Assembly (NCBI RefSeq): GCF_035594765.1
Contig: NC_085847.1
Coordinates: forward strand, 8,246,001-8,310,000
Reading direction: 5' to 3'
Source of the DNA: Anolis carolinensis
Lineage: Eukaryota
Length of the DNA: 64,000 bases
The translations under genes and the position numbers were made by a program. How positions within the stretch are numbered: position 1 is the stretch's first letter; the number at the start of each line of letters is the position of its first letter. This document shows positions 51,090-63,754 of this stretch, in pieces. The notes below the pieces were generated by a model, which was not told where the DNA came from, searched no databases, and saw only the letters and a list, made by a program, of their open reading frames with translations.

Positions 51090-52864
51090 CTGCCAAAACA
51101 AAATGGCAAGGCAGTTATCATTTCAAAAGGGGAAAGACACAACACTTTCCGTCACCCAGGACCGTTTTCTTCCTTTTACAGTAGACACTCCAGATCCACG
51201 ATTTCCACCAACAGTGGATCATCACATCCTATATATAAAATGGCAATGAATTTTCAAATCATGTCTAATATCAGAGGGAAATTAAACACCTGGGTCCCAA
51301 CAACTGCCTCCTATCATTTACAGTAATTATTTAATTCAAGGGTACTGTTCTATTATCTGGGCATTTGTTGCCCAACTGGTAAATCCAATGGTTTAAAAAT
51401 ATTATGGAAAAGTAAATTTCACCATCTCAATTTTTGATTTAGTTACAGAAGACCTATCAGACTTTTTAAAAGGTTGGCAGACAATCCAACTAGTGGTCCA
51501 AAGCCCCATAAGAGATGGCCACTCCAATAGCTGCTCCAGGCTAAATAGGAGATCTCCCAAGCCAAGTCTCATGTAGGAACATTAACATTACTAACTGACA
51601 AGTATTTTCTGAATTTTCAACCCACATTTCAAAGTATATGTACCAGTTCAAAGAACAAAATATGGGATTTTATTCAGCTGTGTGGAAGGGGCATAATTTA
51701 ATGAACTGGTCTCATAGATGCTGGTACAGACAGGCCATTCCAGTTGTCAAGACTAACTGGCCATGAAAAAAATCCTTGATGTAAAATGTTCTGCACTGTC
51801 CTAACATACTTTTTGCAAATTATTACCCAGGCAGGGAAACTGTTAGGAATGTTAAGGGCATGCTGTAAGATAATAGCTTGCAAATCAAAACAATGGATTC
51901 GAAAAAGAAGAACTTGGGAGTCATTCTGAAAATCAGCTCTCTACTTGGCATTTATGCCCACCCAAGGAGACACAACTTAAAGTGGATACTTTTGAATTTT
52001 TTAGCATACATATGAGAAGAGAGTCTGCACGCATACACACACACACATGCCGACAGCATGTTCCAAAAAGGTACGCACCTTTAACAGCTCATAATTCTGG
52101 AAGCTTTGTTCTATCATTCTTTTTTTTTTTTAAACAACCAAACATATATAACCTTAACAGGATGAAAGATTCTGCTGGTAGACAAGCGTGGGGAAATGAC
52201 AAGAGAAACTTGAAATGAGGTTGGTGACTCTCTGCTTCCACAATGCAAGCAGGGCATGGCTGCACAAGGACGACTGTTGCAACAGCTTACATAAAATAAT
52301 ACCTTCAGATGGAATTTGTAACTCTGGCTAAATCATTATGACAACATTTCTTCTTCAATGTAAATATATTGATTTAGCCTTCAAGTAATCACCGGTGCTA
52401 GCATTAGCCATTAAAGGATATATAAGCATTTTGGAGGGCCCCCTACAATAGACAACGGGCCCTTCCAAAGCAATCCCTATATCCCCGGATCTGATCCCAG
52501 GTTTTCTAGTTTGAACTAGATTATATGAGTCCCCATTGCCAAATAATATGGGATAAACAGAAAACTTGGGATCAGATCCTGGAAGGGCCCAAGGCATTCA
52601 GAAACAATATCCATTGTTACCGTGTGCCTTGATCATTTCCAACTTATGGTGAATGTGGGTGCATCTACACTGTCAACTGAAAGCAGTTTGATCCCACTTT
52701 AACTGCCAGAGCTCAATGCTATGGAATCCCAGAAGTTATAGTTTGGTGGGGTACCGGACTCTTGGTAGCTGAGGCTAAACATCTTGTAAAGCTACAACTC
52801 CCAGGATTCCATAGAATTGAGCTAGAGAAGTTCAAATGGTCTTGAACTGCAGTGCAGATATATA

Positions 52865-53184
52865 CAGTAGAGTCTCACTTATCCAACATAAACGGGCCGG
52901 GAGAATGTTGGATAAGCGAATATGTTGGATAATAAGGAGGGATTAAGGAATAGCCTATTAAACATCAAATTAGGTTATGATTTTACAAATTAAGCACCAA
53001 AACATGTTATACAACAAATTCGACAGAAAAGGTAGTTCAATAGGCAGTAATGCTATGTAGTAATTACTGTATTTACGAATTTAGCACCAAAATATCACGA
53101 TGTATTGAAAACATTGACTACAAAAATGCGTTGGATAATCCAGAACGTTGGATAAGTGAGTGTTGGATAAGTGAGACTCTACTG
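52865..53184. mobile_element. Tc1/mariner-type MITE in PEBP1 intron 1
   Basis: Same TIRs as 44396-44705, TA flanks. Confidence 0.85.
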
Positions 53185-53429
53185 TATATGAATGATTGAT
53201 CTGTGGACTGCAAAGGCTGCCAGAGGCCCCTTCAACACAACTGAATACAACCAAATCCCACCTTTTCTGCTTTGAACTGGGATACCTGGCTGCGTGGACT
53301 CGGAGACTCCAGTTCAAAGCAGCTCTTGTGGACCATGGGCCTTGACATTCTGGGTTAGATGGCTGTGTGGAAGGGCCCAGTCCAAAGCGGATCTTGTGGC
53401 GCATCTGTCTTGATGTTCTGGGTGATGGG

Positions 53430-53830
53430 GCTGTGGGGAAGGAAGGGCCCTCGGGCTGCGTCTTCCACCCGAGGAGGCCGCGGACGGGCCTTACCTGGGT
53501 CGGGGTCAGCACTTTGCCCAGTTCGTCGATCTCCACCGAGCCGTAGCGGACCCGCAAGGGGTAGGCGGGCTTCTCCTCCACCTCGGGGAGGCTCAAGGGC
53601 CCTCCCCAGGCCGACAGGTCCACGGGCATCTCGGCTTGCGAAGGCAGGCTCCCCTCCTCCTCCTTGTCCCACAAAAGCGCGCCTAGCTTCGGCCAGGGAC
53701 AGAAACGGCGCTCGGGCCCGGATTGACAGCGCCCTCCTCCAATCCCAGAAGAGCGGCCTGCCTGTTCTGCGTTGCCATTGGCCGGGGCGGGAGCGAAGGG
53801 GTAGTTATAGCGGTGTGCCACAGGGGCAGA
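53430..53830 (-). promoter_or_regulatory. CpG-island promoter of PEBP1 (CCAAT at 53777-53781, GC box near 53784-53792)
   Basis: CpG-dense region around exon 1; attgg and ggggcgggag motifs. Confidence 0.65.
53495..53629 (-). CDS. PEBP1: PEBP1 coding exon 1
   Basis: [45 protein letters not shown]; donor CAG|gtaagg; CpG island. Confidence 0.96.
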
Positions 53831-54189
53831 TGGAAGCCTCTGGGCCCTTCCACACGGGAGTATAACCCAGAATATCAAGGCAGAAAATCTCACAATATCT
53901 GCTTCGAAGTGGAAGGGCCTCTGTCTGGGAAAAGAACCTGTTTTTTTAATATCTGGAGGAAAGGTGAGATAATAGTAATAATATTAGTGACTTCGCAATG
54001 CCAAAGTCAGGGCCAACTCTTCTGAGGGGATTTGGGCGCCCTCAGGCCCAACATCCCCTCAGCGTTTCTCCCATCTTGTCCTCCCCCCCCCCTCACAAAC
54101 TGTCCACACACTTTTAATTTGCCTTCTTGTGCTTTCCGAATTCAGCACCTGAAAAAAAAAGTATTCTTGCTGTCTCACAAGACATCTAA

Positions 54190-54342
54190 GGGCCCTTCTC
54201 CACATCCCTATATTCCAGAATATCAAGGCAGAAAATCCCACATTATCTGCTTTGAACTGGGTTATCTGAGGGCCCTTCCACATTGCCATAGAACCCAAAG
54301 CAGATAATGTGGGATATTGTTATATGGCTGTGTGGAAGGGGC
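54190..54342. mobile_element. MITE with gggccc(c)ttccacac TIRs (possibly PIF/Harbinger-like); relatives at 43450, 52458-52590, 53225-53377 and 53842-53918
   Basis: gggcccttc...gtgtggaaggggccc inverted ends, repeated locally. Confidence 0.55.
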
Positions 54343-54572
54343 CCGAGCTGTGGCGCAGGCGGGAGAGCAAGCCAGCTGCAACCAGCTGCAATGAATCACT
54401 CTGACCACGAGGTCATGAGTTCGAGGCCCACTCGGAGCCTATGTTTGTCTTGTCTTTGTTCTATGTTTAAAAAGGCATTGAATGTTTGCCTATATGTGTA
54501 ATGTGATCCACCCTGAGTCCCCTTCGGGGTGAGAAGGGCGGGATATAAATGCTGTAAATAAAATAAATAAAG
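54340..54572 (+). mobile_element. tRNA-derived SINE, short form
   Basis: A and B boxes; tail shared with 5517-5996. Confidence 0.8.
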
Positions 54573-55173
54573 AAATATGGCTGTATGGAAAGGCCCCGAG
54601 GAAGCAGACTAGAGTTGCCTGGAAAAGTTAGCACTATTCCAAGAGCAAGCAGAGCCGAGTTCGGTGTATTCATCGAAAGTGAAGCACCATCTGAGGCCGG
54701 TTGCCTTCTCTCACCTCCATCTTCCTTCCTGGGCAGTTTTGAGTTATGAAACAATTTTGAGAGGGGCAAGTATGTGCATTGCTTTCTGCTCCTTGGAGGA
54801 ACAGCATCGGTATTAATTGTATTCCCCTCTTAGTTTAACACTTATCACAGTTGTACCCTCTTTCCTTTCTTAAGGTCGCTGCTGGAAATGTATGTTTCTG
54901 AGTATCTCCTTTTATCCTCGCAATAATCCTGCAGGGTAATGAGACAGTGCTTTTGAGCAAAGTGACTGGTGAACGTTCAGATTAAAAGGCTGGGGCTTTT
55001 CTTTTCCAGCCAGGCTCCTCCCAGGCCTTTAAAAGCTGCATTAACAGCAAATATTCGAGAAGCCGTGTCCAAATTCTTGGAAAATTATAGGAAAACAGCA
55101 AATGTCTTGCAGAGGCAATGCTCAAGTTTTGTTTCCTTGATCCCATTATGTATGTGCACCACATACAGTAGAG

Positions 55174-55884
55174 CCGGGGTCCTCAAACTTTTAAAGTAGA
55201 GGGCCGGTCCACAATCCTTGAGACTGTGGAGGGGCCGAATTATCATTTTTTTAAAAAAAGAACAAATTCTTATGCACACTGCATGTGTCTTATTTGTAGT
55301 GCAAAACAACAACAACAATGAAAGAACAATACAATATTTAAAAATGAAAACAATTGTAACCAACACAAACCTATCAGGATTTCAATGGGAAGTGTGGGCC
55401 TGCTTCTGGCCAATGAGATAGTCAAATTAATTAGGATTGTTATTGTTGTGTGCCTTCAAGTCATCTCAGACTTTGGCCGAGCCTAAGTCTAAAATTAATT
55501 ATTTATTCATTTACTACATTTATTTACTACATTTATATCCCGCCCTTCTCACCCCGAAGGGGACTCAGAGCAGCTGTATGTACATACAATATATTATATT
55601 ATTAGCATAGCACAATATTAGCATTATATATTACTATATTGAACTATACCACTATAGTGTAATGTTATATGTAATGTATAACATATAATTAATATTATTA
55701 TATGGTATTATTATTAGTATTATATTGTATAACATAATATTATTATCAATATTGTATGTATATACAATATATTATATTATTTAAAATGATATAAAATATT
55801 ATATTATAAAACTGAGGGTGGGGGCCAGGTAAATGACCTTGGAGGGCCACATCCGGCCCCCGGGCCTTAGTTTGGGGACCCCTG
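55174..55884. mobile_element. Non-autonomous hAT element inserted in the TIR of a mariner MITE
   Basis: TIRs ccggggtcctcaaact/agtttggggacccctg; perfect 8-bp TSD cagtagag at 55166-55173 and 55885-55892. Confidence 0.85.
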
Positions 55885-56060
55885 CAGTAGAGTCTCACTT
55901 ATCCAACATAAACGGGCCGGCAGAATGTTGGATAAGTGAATATGTTGGATAATAAGGAGAGATTAAGAAAAAGCCTATTAAACATCAAAATAGGTTATGA
56001 TTTTACAAATTAAGCACCAAAACATCATGTTATACAACAAATTTGACAGAAAAAGTAGTG

Positions 56061-56185
56061 ATGTGCCCATCACCACCGGGACCACCTGCACTGGTTTCTG
56101 CCAGAGTCTTTGAAGTTCAATCTTGAGGTCCTGATAGCGGCTGAGTTTTTCCTGTTGTTTTTTGTCAATGCGACTTGTCACCTGG
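56061..56185 (-). mobile_element. R4/Dong internal fragment
   Basis: SRIDKKQQEKLSRYQDLKIELQRLWQKPVQVVPVVMGT. Confidence 0.8.
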
Positions 56186-56218
56186 GGAAAAAAGCTGTTA
56201 TTATTGTCATTATTATTA

Positions 56219-56526
56219 CAGTAGAGTCTCACTTATCCAACATAAACGGGCCGGCAGAATGTTGGATAAGCGAATATGTTGGATAATAAGGAGGGATTAA
56301 GGAAAAGCCTATTAAACATCACATTAGGTTATGATTTTACAAATTAAGCACCAAAACATCATGTTATACAACAAATTTGACAGAAAAAGTAGTTCAATAC
56401 GCAGTAATGCTATGTAGTAATTACTGTATTTACGAATTTAGTACCAAAACATCACGATGTATTGAAAACACTGACTACAAAAATGCGTTGGATAATCCAG
56501 AACGTTGGATAAGTGAGACTCTACTG
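56219..56526. mobile_element. Tc1/mariner-type MITE
   Basis: Complete TIRs with TA flanks. Confidence 0.85.
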
Positions 56527-56699
56527 TACTATTATTATTCTGCTGCTTATATTTCATCCTGCTTTAATGTTTGCATATTGGTATATTTTAAATGGTATGT
56601 CCATGCTTTTGTGTTAAGCCGCTTTGAGTCTCCTGCAGAAGAGAGAAAGCGGGGTATAAATAAATGGAATTGTGCTAATCATATTTCCATTCCATGAAG

Positions 56700-57250
56700 T
56701 CCGATGCCAAGGCGAGGAGGAGGAGGAGGAGGAGGAGGTTGGCTTGGGCGCGAGTCCCGCTCTGCGGCAGCATCCGCCACGGCCAGCAGGGGGCGCCGGA
56801 GGGGCGGGAGCAGCTCCCGGGCGCCTCCCTCCCTCCCTCCCCGCCTGGCCTTGCCTTGCCTCCGGGCCCCCCTCGGGGACTCTGTCTCGCTCCGGACGGC
56901 TCCTGGAGCGGCCATGGCGAGCGGGGCGGCTTCGGCGTTCGCAGGGCTCCTCGTGGCCCTTTCCGTGGCCGGACGGGGCGCCGGAGCAGGTAGGGGGCGG
57001 GCCCGGGAGGGAGGGAGCGCGCCTGGCTTCCTCCGCCGCCGCCACTTCCCAAGTTTCCACGCTCCCAACTCTTGTTGCCTTCCTTCCGCCCTGCCGGACA
57101 TGCCTGGGGAAAAGGTGCCAAGAGTAGCCGAGAAGCGGCTGGAACGGGGCAGAGCGGTCGGCCACTTCCCTGGGCTGGGAGGCTGCGGGACGAGTGCCCT
57201 TCAACCCTGCCTGGGCGCTCTCTGAATCCTCCGAGGTGTCCGGTTGAGGA
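56700..57250 (+). promoter_or_regulatory. CpG-island promoter of VSIG10 with (GGA)n tract and a consensus CTCF motif at 56780-56798
   Basis: Very high GC and CpG content; cggccagcagggggcgccg. Confidence 0.7.
56914..56989 (+). CDS. VSIG10: VSIG10 coding exon 1 (signal peptide MASGAASAFAGLLVALSVAGRGAGAG)
   Basis: gccATGG Kozak context, hydrophobic leader, donor CAG|gtaggg in phase 1, inside a CpG island. Confidence 0.82.
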
Positions 57251-57364
57251 GGCACAAAAGTCTCCAAACTTTGGAGAACTCCTCCTCCCAGGATCCCCTC
57301 GCCCCGCACCACAGGGCCATTCCAGTTTCTGGATCCAAATGATCTGCTTGGAAGTGGATTGTGC

Positions 57365-57520
57365 TATGTGGAGGCTCCTTCTTTGGAGGCTTTGAAGCAC
57401 AGGCTGGATGGCCATCGGTTGGGGGTGCTTTGAATGCGATTTTCCTGCTTTTTGGCAGAATGGGGTTGGACTGGAGGGCCCATGAGGTCTCTTCCAACTC
57501 TAGGATTCTATGACTCTATG
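57365..57520 (+). mobile_element. CR1 3' end (a second one at 58033-58171)
   Basis: ctccttctttggaggcttt...ggtctcttccaactctaggattctatg. Confidence 0.75.
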
Positions 57521-57587
57521 TCACAAAATGCAGAAAAAAATGTTCTGATCCTGCTTTGAAAAGATTGTTTAATTGTGCAGCCCTTAT

Positions 57588-57671
57588 TTGCTATGAGTTT
57601 TTCGGGCTGTGGGGCCATGTTCCAGAAGCACTCTCTCTTGATGTTTCGCCCACATCTGTGGCAGTCCTTAG
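57588..57671 (-). mobile_element. Penelope-like element fragment, degenerate hammerhead
   Basis: Reverse complement of the 44770-44850 segment. Confidence 0.6.
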
Positions 57672-59499
57672 TGTGCTTAAGCAGCTGAAGGGGAGAAGGA
57701 AAGGGACTGAGGCTGTGAGGAATGGTGGGAGTTGAGGTCCAAAACACCCGAGGGCCCAAGTTGGCCCATGCCTGGTGTAGACTCAAAGCAGATCATCTGG
57801 ATTCAGAAACTGGATTAGATGCCAGTGGAGATCCAGCTGAAGAAGGAGCAAGCAACCCTGGCTGACTTCTTTAGTATTTACTTCCAAGAATCCCCGGGGC
57901 TTTTATGAGCTGTTAAAGGAGGTATGCACTTGGGGTGGGGCATGCTACACATTCCAGAATATTATATATCTAGAAGCACACAAAAGGCAATTTCTGTGCT
58001 CCGATTCCTGTCCAAAATCGAAGAAACTAACTGGTGGAAGCTCCTTCCTTGGAGGCTTTTGAACAGAGGCTGGATAGCCATCTGTCAGGGGTGCTTTGAT
58101 TGTGCTTTTCCTGCATGGCAGGAGGTTGGAGTAGATGGCTTATGTGGTCTCTTCCAACTCTGTGATTCTATGGACAGCTCCAGAACATTTTCTTTCCTCG
58201 GGCAGAGCTTGGGAAAAGTAGGGGTGGGGAGGGGCTACACTGTACAGAATTCTTCGGCCAGCATAACCTGGTCCCCAAAGGTGATGTTTCCAAATTCTGT
58301 CTGCTTTGCGCCTCTAAATTTGGAGATTTTGGGTTCAAAATCTCCAAATTTCCTCCGCTCTAGATTGGAAGATAATGGTCAGTTTACCAAGGATTACAGG
58401 GTTTTCGCTCACCCCTTTCTATGGCCTGGTTCAGGAGAGACTTCCTCCATAGTGAGATGTATTGTTGCAAGTCGGATTGCAACCTACTGTGCCTCATAGC
58501 AGCTGGCATCCTGTTAGTCACACAATGAAAAGCGGAGCCCATCTTATGCCTGCAGAGGACTTGTTTTGGTCATTGTGGCGTCTGGTAATCTCTCCCACCT
58601 TCCACAAGAACCAGAGTTCCTTCTCTTGGAGTCCAGTAGCAGCTGCAATGGCTCCGAAACAGCCATTCCATGACTGATGGAAAGTTATTATGACTATTAT
58701 TATGATATTTATTTGTACCCCGTTTTGTCTTCCCCAAAGGGGACTCAGTTGGGAATCAGAGAAGTGCCTGGCTATGTTCCTGTGGCCAGACGAGGAATGA
58801 TGACATCATTTGCTGAGAGTTTGGAAGGATTACATTGGATTGCAGCAAAAGGTGCCAGCAATCTGGGTAGTCAGATGCTTCTCCAACACCACCGTCACAA
58901 AACACAAAGTGAATTCTGTATGTTTTCTACCAGGTCTGCTATTATAACCATGAAATCATCCACAGATACTTATAGCTTGAATGTTTCTTTCCTGACTTTC
59001 AGCCCTTTGATTTTTTCCCTCCACTCTTATCTTCCTTAATAACACTTCAAATGCCAAGATGAATTACAGCAGGGATAATGGACAGCCTAGTCTTGTGCCC
59101 TTTCAGATTTTACATTCTTTAGAGAGTTTTCCGTTCACTTTAATTTGGGAAGTTTATGTTTTATAAATTGCTATAATTCATTTTATGACCCTGTGTACTT
59201 GTGTATCGTCTACACATTTGAGTGAAAATAAACCAAACTGACTTATCCATGAGTCAGTGTGAGAGCTGTACCTTAACTCTTATCCAAAAAAGGAATAGCC
59301 CCCTTTTCTGAATAGAGTGGCAAAAGGCAAGAACTCAGTCCATCCTGGGAGAAACCCTTTTTAATGCCTTTCACTGCAGAATGACCCTTGACTTATCCAG
59401 GGGTCATATCAAAATCCATAATATTGACTCCCCAACCTTCCCTCCACTTATATATGAGGTCGACTTATACATGAATTCCAAATTTCAGATCGGAATTTT

Positions 59500-60197
59500 A
59501 AATTATTGAACCTTTTTCTGCATCTATGGACATCAATACTGGTTTTCTTTCCTTATGTTTATCCATAAGCATAAGGAAAGCATCCATATGCTTATCCAAA
59601 CTTGCTCTCAGATTGTCCCAAATTTGTCTTTTTAGGGGAAAGCCTGATTGATGTTTGTGTTTGCATTTGTTGAGAAACTCTTTGGATTTTTCCACTATGG
59701 AGATTTTGTTATTGTTGTTTAATAGTGATATCGGTCTACAGTTGCTTTTGTTAGCTAATTCTTGTCCTTCTTTTGATATATATAAATGTGGCAATGGCCA
59801 TTTCCCATGGCACTGAGATTTTATTAAATTCTAGGATTGAGTTCAATGGCTCCTGTATGAGGCTTATTGATTCATTTTCCTATTTCTTATAATAAATTGC
59901 TGAAAAGCCATCTGGGACTTTCGATTTGTTTCATGTAGCTTTTGCTATTGCTTTGGAGTCCCCCCCCCCCAGTTGTACTTGGATTATTCATCTCTTGTTT
60001 TTGTTCATGTGTCAATTTAGGAAGATTACTCTCCAAATAATTACCAGTCATTTCATGTAGAATCTGATGTCTTTTATACAATTTGGAATAAAATTTGTTG
60101 GAGAATCTTCAGTATTACTTCATTATCTCTAATTAAGTTGTCTTGATCTTTTATTGCTCTAATTAATTTGTTTTTCTTCGCTTTTCTTGATTTATAT
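59500..60197 (-). mobile_element. Degenerate L1-clade ORF2 (RT region) fragment
   Basis: RPISLLN...KI, HQSGF..KRQI.DNLR, LMSIDAEK motifs with stops and frameshifts. Confidence 0.75.
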
Positions 60198-61289
60198 TCT
60201 AGCAGGAGGCAAAATGTGGCCCTGAAGATGTTTGACTGCAACCCCCATTAGCTGTAGCCAGCCAAACCAGTGGGCTTTGCTGCCTGACAACATCTTGGGG
60301 GGCCACAGGCTGTCTGTCCAAATCCTCTCTAAGGCAGTGGTTCTCAACCTGCTCCAAGATCCCTTTGCATATTGGTAGTTCCAGACTAACTTGGTTTTGT
60401 TTTCTTACTGGTGTTTTTATATCATTTTTAATGTTCTTGACTGCATTGAGTACCATTATTGAGAAAAGGCTGAGGTATCAATGAATACCATAAATAAGTA
60501 AATATCTCGTAGCTGAGAACATATAGGAGCTCGGTTTAATCAGTTAAATCCCTGCCTAATCCAGCATCCTGTTTTTGACGGTTGAATGCCTTTCAGGTAA
60601 CTCTGGCCTTCCAGATGTTTTGGTACTACAGCTCCCATCACCCCTAAGCAACATAGCCTCTAGTGAAGACTCATGAAATGTGCTATTCAGAAATGACTGA
60701 AGGGCCTTCGTTGCCACCTCTGCTCTTCAGTACAGTGTTAGTCATAATGGCATTATGTGTGTTGGGCTGAGGCATTTCAGATGGTATTTACTTCTAAAAA
60801 AAATCAAGGCAAAGATTATGATGTGACATTTGTTTCTTCTTTTGTGTGGACTGGTAAAATAGAGATGCTGCTTTCACCGAGAAGGGGGTTTCAAAATGTT
60901 TTCCTGCCTGAATGAAACTCAGATCTTTTGTTTCACAGATCCCTTTTCAGAGGCTCATTGTACTGAGACTTGTTTGTTTTTGTTGCTTTTATGTCCTCCC
61001 CAAACTCAGATGTGGGGCTGTTTTTACCCCTTCCTTCAGAGAGTTAATCTGAGCTACCACCAAATTTAGAAGAATTACTTTTTTGGACTGAGAGGTTTGG
61101 GGAATTGTAATCCAAGGAGAAACTTTCCAAATTCTATTGAATACTGAGATTATAGCAACGGGAAGAATGTTGACTTGAATTATGGTAGGGAGTTTGGAAA
61201 GGGATTTTTGTTTCTTTGTGAAATCATGCTTTGAGTGTTCCATGAAAAGTTTGCACACAGTTTACTCAGAAGACAGTTCTGTTGTCTAT

Positions 61290-61712
61290 GTTGTCGAAGT
61301 CTTTCATGTCCGGAATCACTGGGTTGCTGGCTACTAGTTTTAAAAAACTATAAAATTAGGACAGTAAATAAAGAACAACATTAAGAAAATAGGAATTCCA
61401 GACAAGAAACAACCAGGGCCAGCTAAAACCTCCCAACAAAGGATTCCCTCAGGCAAGAAGTAGCCAGGCTTTGAATCTGCAAGGCCATTAAAGGCTGATC
61501 AAGCTGGCCATTTGCAACATTCACACTTGCCTCAAACAGACAAGAGTTCTTTCTCCCAACTGGGACCTTCCGCAGATATATAAACCTCACTTGCCTAGTT
61601 TCCAACAGACCTCACAACCTCTGAGGATTCCTGCCATAGATGTGGGCAAAAGGGCAGGAGAGAATGCTTCTGGAACATGGCCAGACAACCTGGAAAACTC
61701 ACAGCAACCCAG
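61290..61712 (+). mobile_element. Penelope-like element terminal fragment with short inverted piece and degenerate hammerhead
   Basis: cctcacaacctctgaggattcctgccatagatgtgggc...ttctggaacatggccagacaacc; ctgggttgctg/cagcaacccag inverted ends. Confidence 0.7.
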
Positions 61713-63754
61713 TTCTATTGTCTCTTGGAGTTCTTTCATGCATACAGTTATTGTAAGTTGAAACCAACTTGATGACACACGACATCAGCAATTCTATTGA
61801 GTTCGGTAGGTTTACTCCCAAGAAAATGTGCTTAAGATTGCAGCCCAAACCTCATAGATAAATAAAGGCAAGGCTTCTAAGCAGAGCTGAGCCTTAGCCT
61901 AGGAAGCAAATTGGCACTTAATAGCCATTAGCCATATCCTTCGTTCTCTGAAGAGGAGCATATCGATGCTTAATAACAGCCACAAAAGCAACGTCCCCTA
62001 GCATAATTTTTATCCTGTTTAGGGTGCCAGTCAAAGAGCCAAGTCATCCTCTGCAATACTGTATTGTCCAGCTCCATGAGGTTTTCAGTTTTTTGTTATG
62101 TTTATTCGTTTCCATTTTACAGGGAAAGGAGAGGAAATTGAAAGGGGGGAAGGGAAATCTTGCAGGTACCCAGTTCTTTTAGTATGATCGGGGACTTTGA
62201 TGGGGTCAATAGTTAGGCGTGAGATGGAAATGCATGCTTGCAAAGTGTAGGGCAATAGTGAAATGGGATGTCGGGAGTGACAAGTCTCTCACCGCTCCGC
62301 AAAGTCTCAAAGAATTAGTTTACTATGAACAACTGTGGCCCCTGCATGCTAAAACACATGCAGTTGGTTGGTAACATCCCCAAATGTGAAAATAACATGT
62401 TTTACTTTCAGGCAAGTTAATTTTGCTGGAGATAGTCTTTTTTTCTTTTTTTGAAAAATATGTTTTTGCTATATTCACAAATATAATAGGAAACAGCCCA
62501 TTAGTATTTGCAGTGTGCTAATAAGTCATTAACTCTGTTCAAACCTCCTCTAATCAAATGTAATTTGTTAATGCATCCCAAATCAGCCTATTTCCCTGTC
62601 TAGCCTGCCACTGCATTTTTCTTTGTTCCACAACACTTAGTCTCAGGTCAGAGACTGATTATCCAAGGAGACTGAAAAATTACTCAGACTGGTTTGAGAT
62701 TATTGCCTTTTCTAACGTCTGATTAGTGTCTGTTTATTCTCTTTTGTAGATACTGTCCTATTTCTCTTCTGTAGAATGATAGCACAGTCAGCCCTCCACA
62801 TTGGCTAAGGTTCGAGGTGCAGGACCCCTGTAAAAGTCAAAACTGAATGTAAAAATTGCTCTTTTTTTAACCTGAGAGAATGCTTCTCTAGGAATTCAGG
62901 TTCCTCCTCTGGCTGTTGGTCACAGAATGGCATTAGAGGATCTAGAGATTCTTAGAAAGAACATTTTAATCAAATCGGCAAAGGTCAAACCCACAAACGT
63001 GGCGCTCCGAGTGTAGGTTGTTCCTGGGTCTCAGATTTGCTTTGCCCAATTGCGTTTTTTTCCACGTCACTGGGATGGTTGAGAAAATCCTGCTGCAAAT
63101 CCATTGTTTGAGCAGGTGCTGTGGTGTTGGACATCTTGGCTATCAATGCCAGATTTGGTATTTTATTCACAGTAGAAGCTGGGGCCATATCATTCACAGG
63201 CTGCTTCTGTACTTTTTAGCTGATCTAATAAAGGTAGCACTGTTTTATGGATTTCGGAATTTGGTTTTGTTTTGTTTTTTGCTGGATGGCTAATATGCTT
63301 TGTGTGTCTTAGGTGTCCATTATGAGAACTCTTGTAGATCTAGGCTGATGTAGGCTAAAAGTCACAGACATTCTGATGGCACCCTATGAAAGCTTCCTCT
63401 TGTTTCTGTATGGCCCTGTGTTGGCTACCATCCTTTCGGTACTTGTCACTAAGGTAGGTATTAGCGAGAGCAATATAGTGTCAGAGAAGGCTTGGGTGTG
63501 TGGCTGTAGGGTATTTAGAGGGTCTCTTTCTATTCAACTAGTAGTGTGGTATGCTTCCTGATCCCCGATAAGCAATGATGCACCATACTTAGGAAGACTG
63601 CAGTTCCCATCCTTCCAGACTCTGGGTGCTGTTGCCCAAAGAGTGGCTTTTCCAAGACTGACGTTGTTCCAACCTGGAGCATCCCAGTGTCTTTGTGTTG
63701 CAAGCCTTTGAGACAGTCCGTGTGGGTGCTGATTACCTGCTTTCCCCTCTGCAG

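Larger units (their letters stand above)
46894..53629 (-). other. PEBP1: PEBP1 (RKIP) gene span, CDS join complement(53495..53629,50980..51089,48175..48275,46894..47111), 564 nt, 187 aa
   Basis: Exons 135+110+101+218=564 nt, the same layout as mammalian PEBP1; DPDAPS, EWHHF, GLHRY and [15 protein letters not shown] signatures. Confidence 0.97.

Noticed and set aside
53081-53893. 270-aa ORF containing PEBP1 exon 1
   Set aside because: Chance read-through of GC-rich promoter, intron and MITE sequence; only 53495-53629 is coding
56614-57415. Multiple long overlapping ORFs, and an in-frame upstream ATG at 56704 for VSIG10
   Set aside because: CpG-island stop-codon depletion; the ATG at 56914 has strong Kozak context and gives a normal signal peptide
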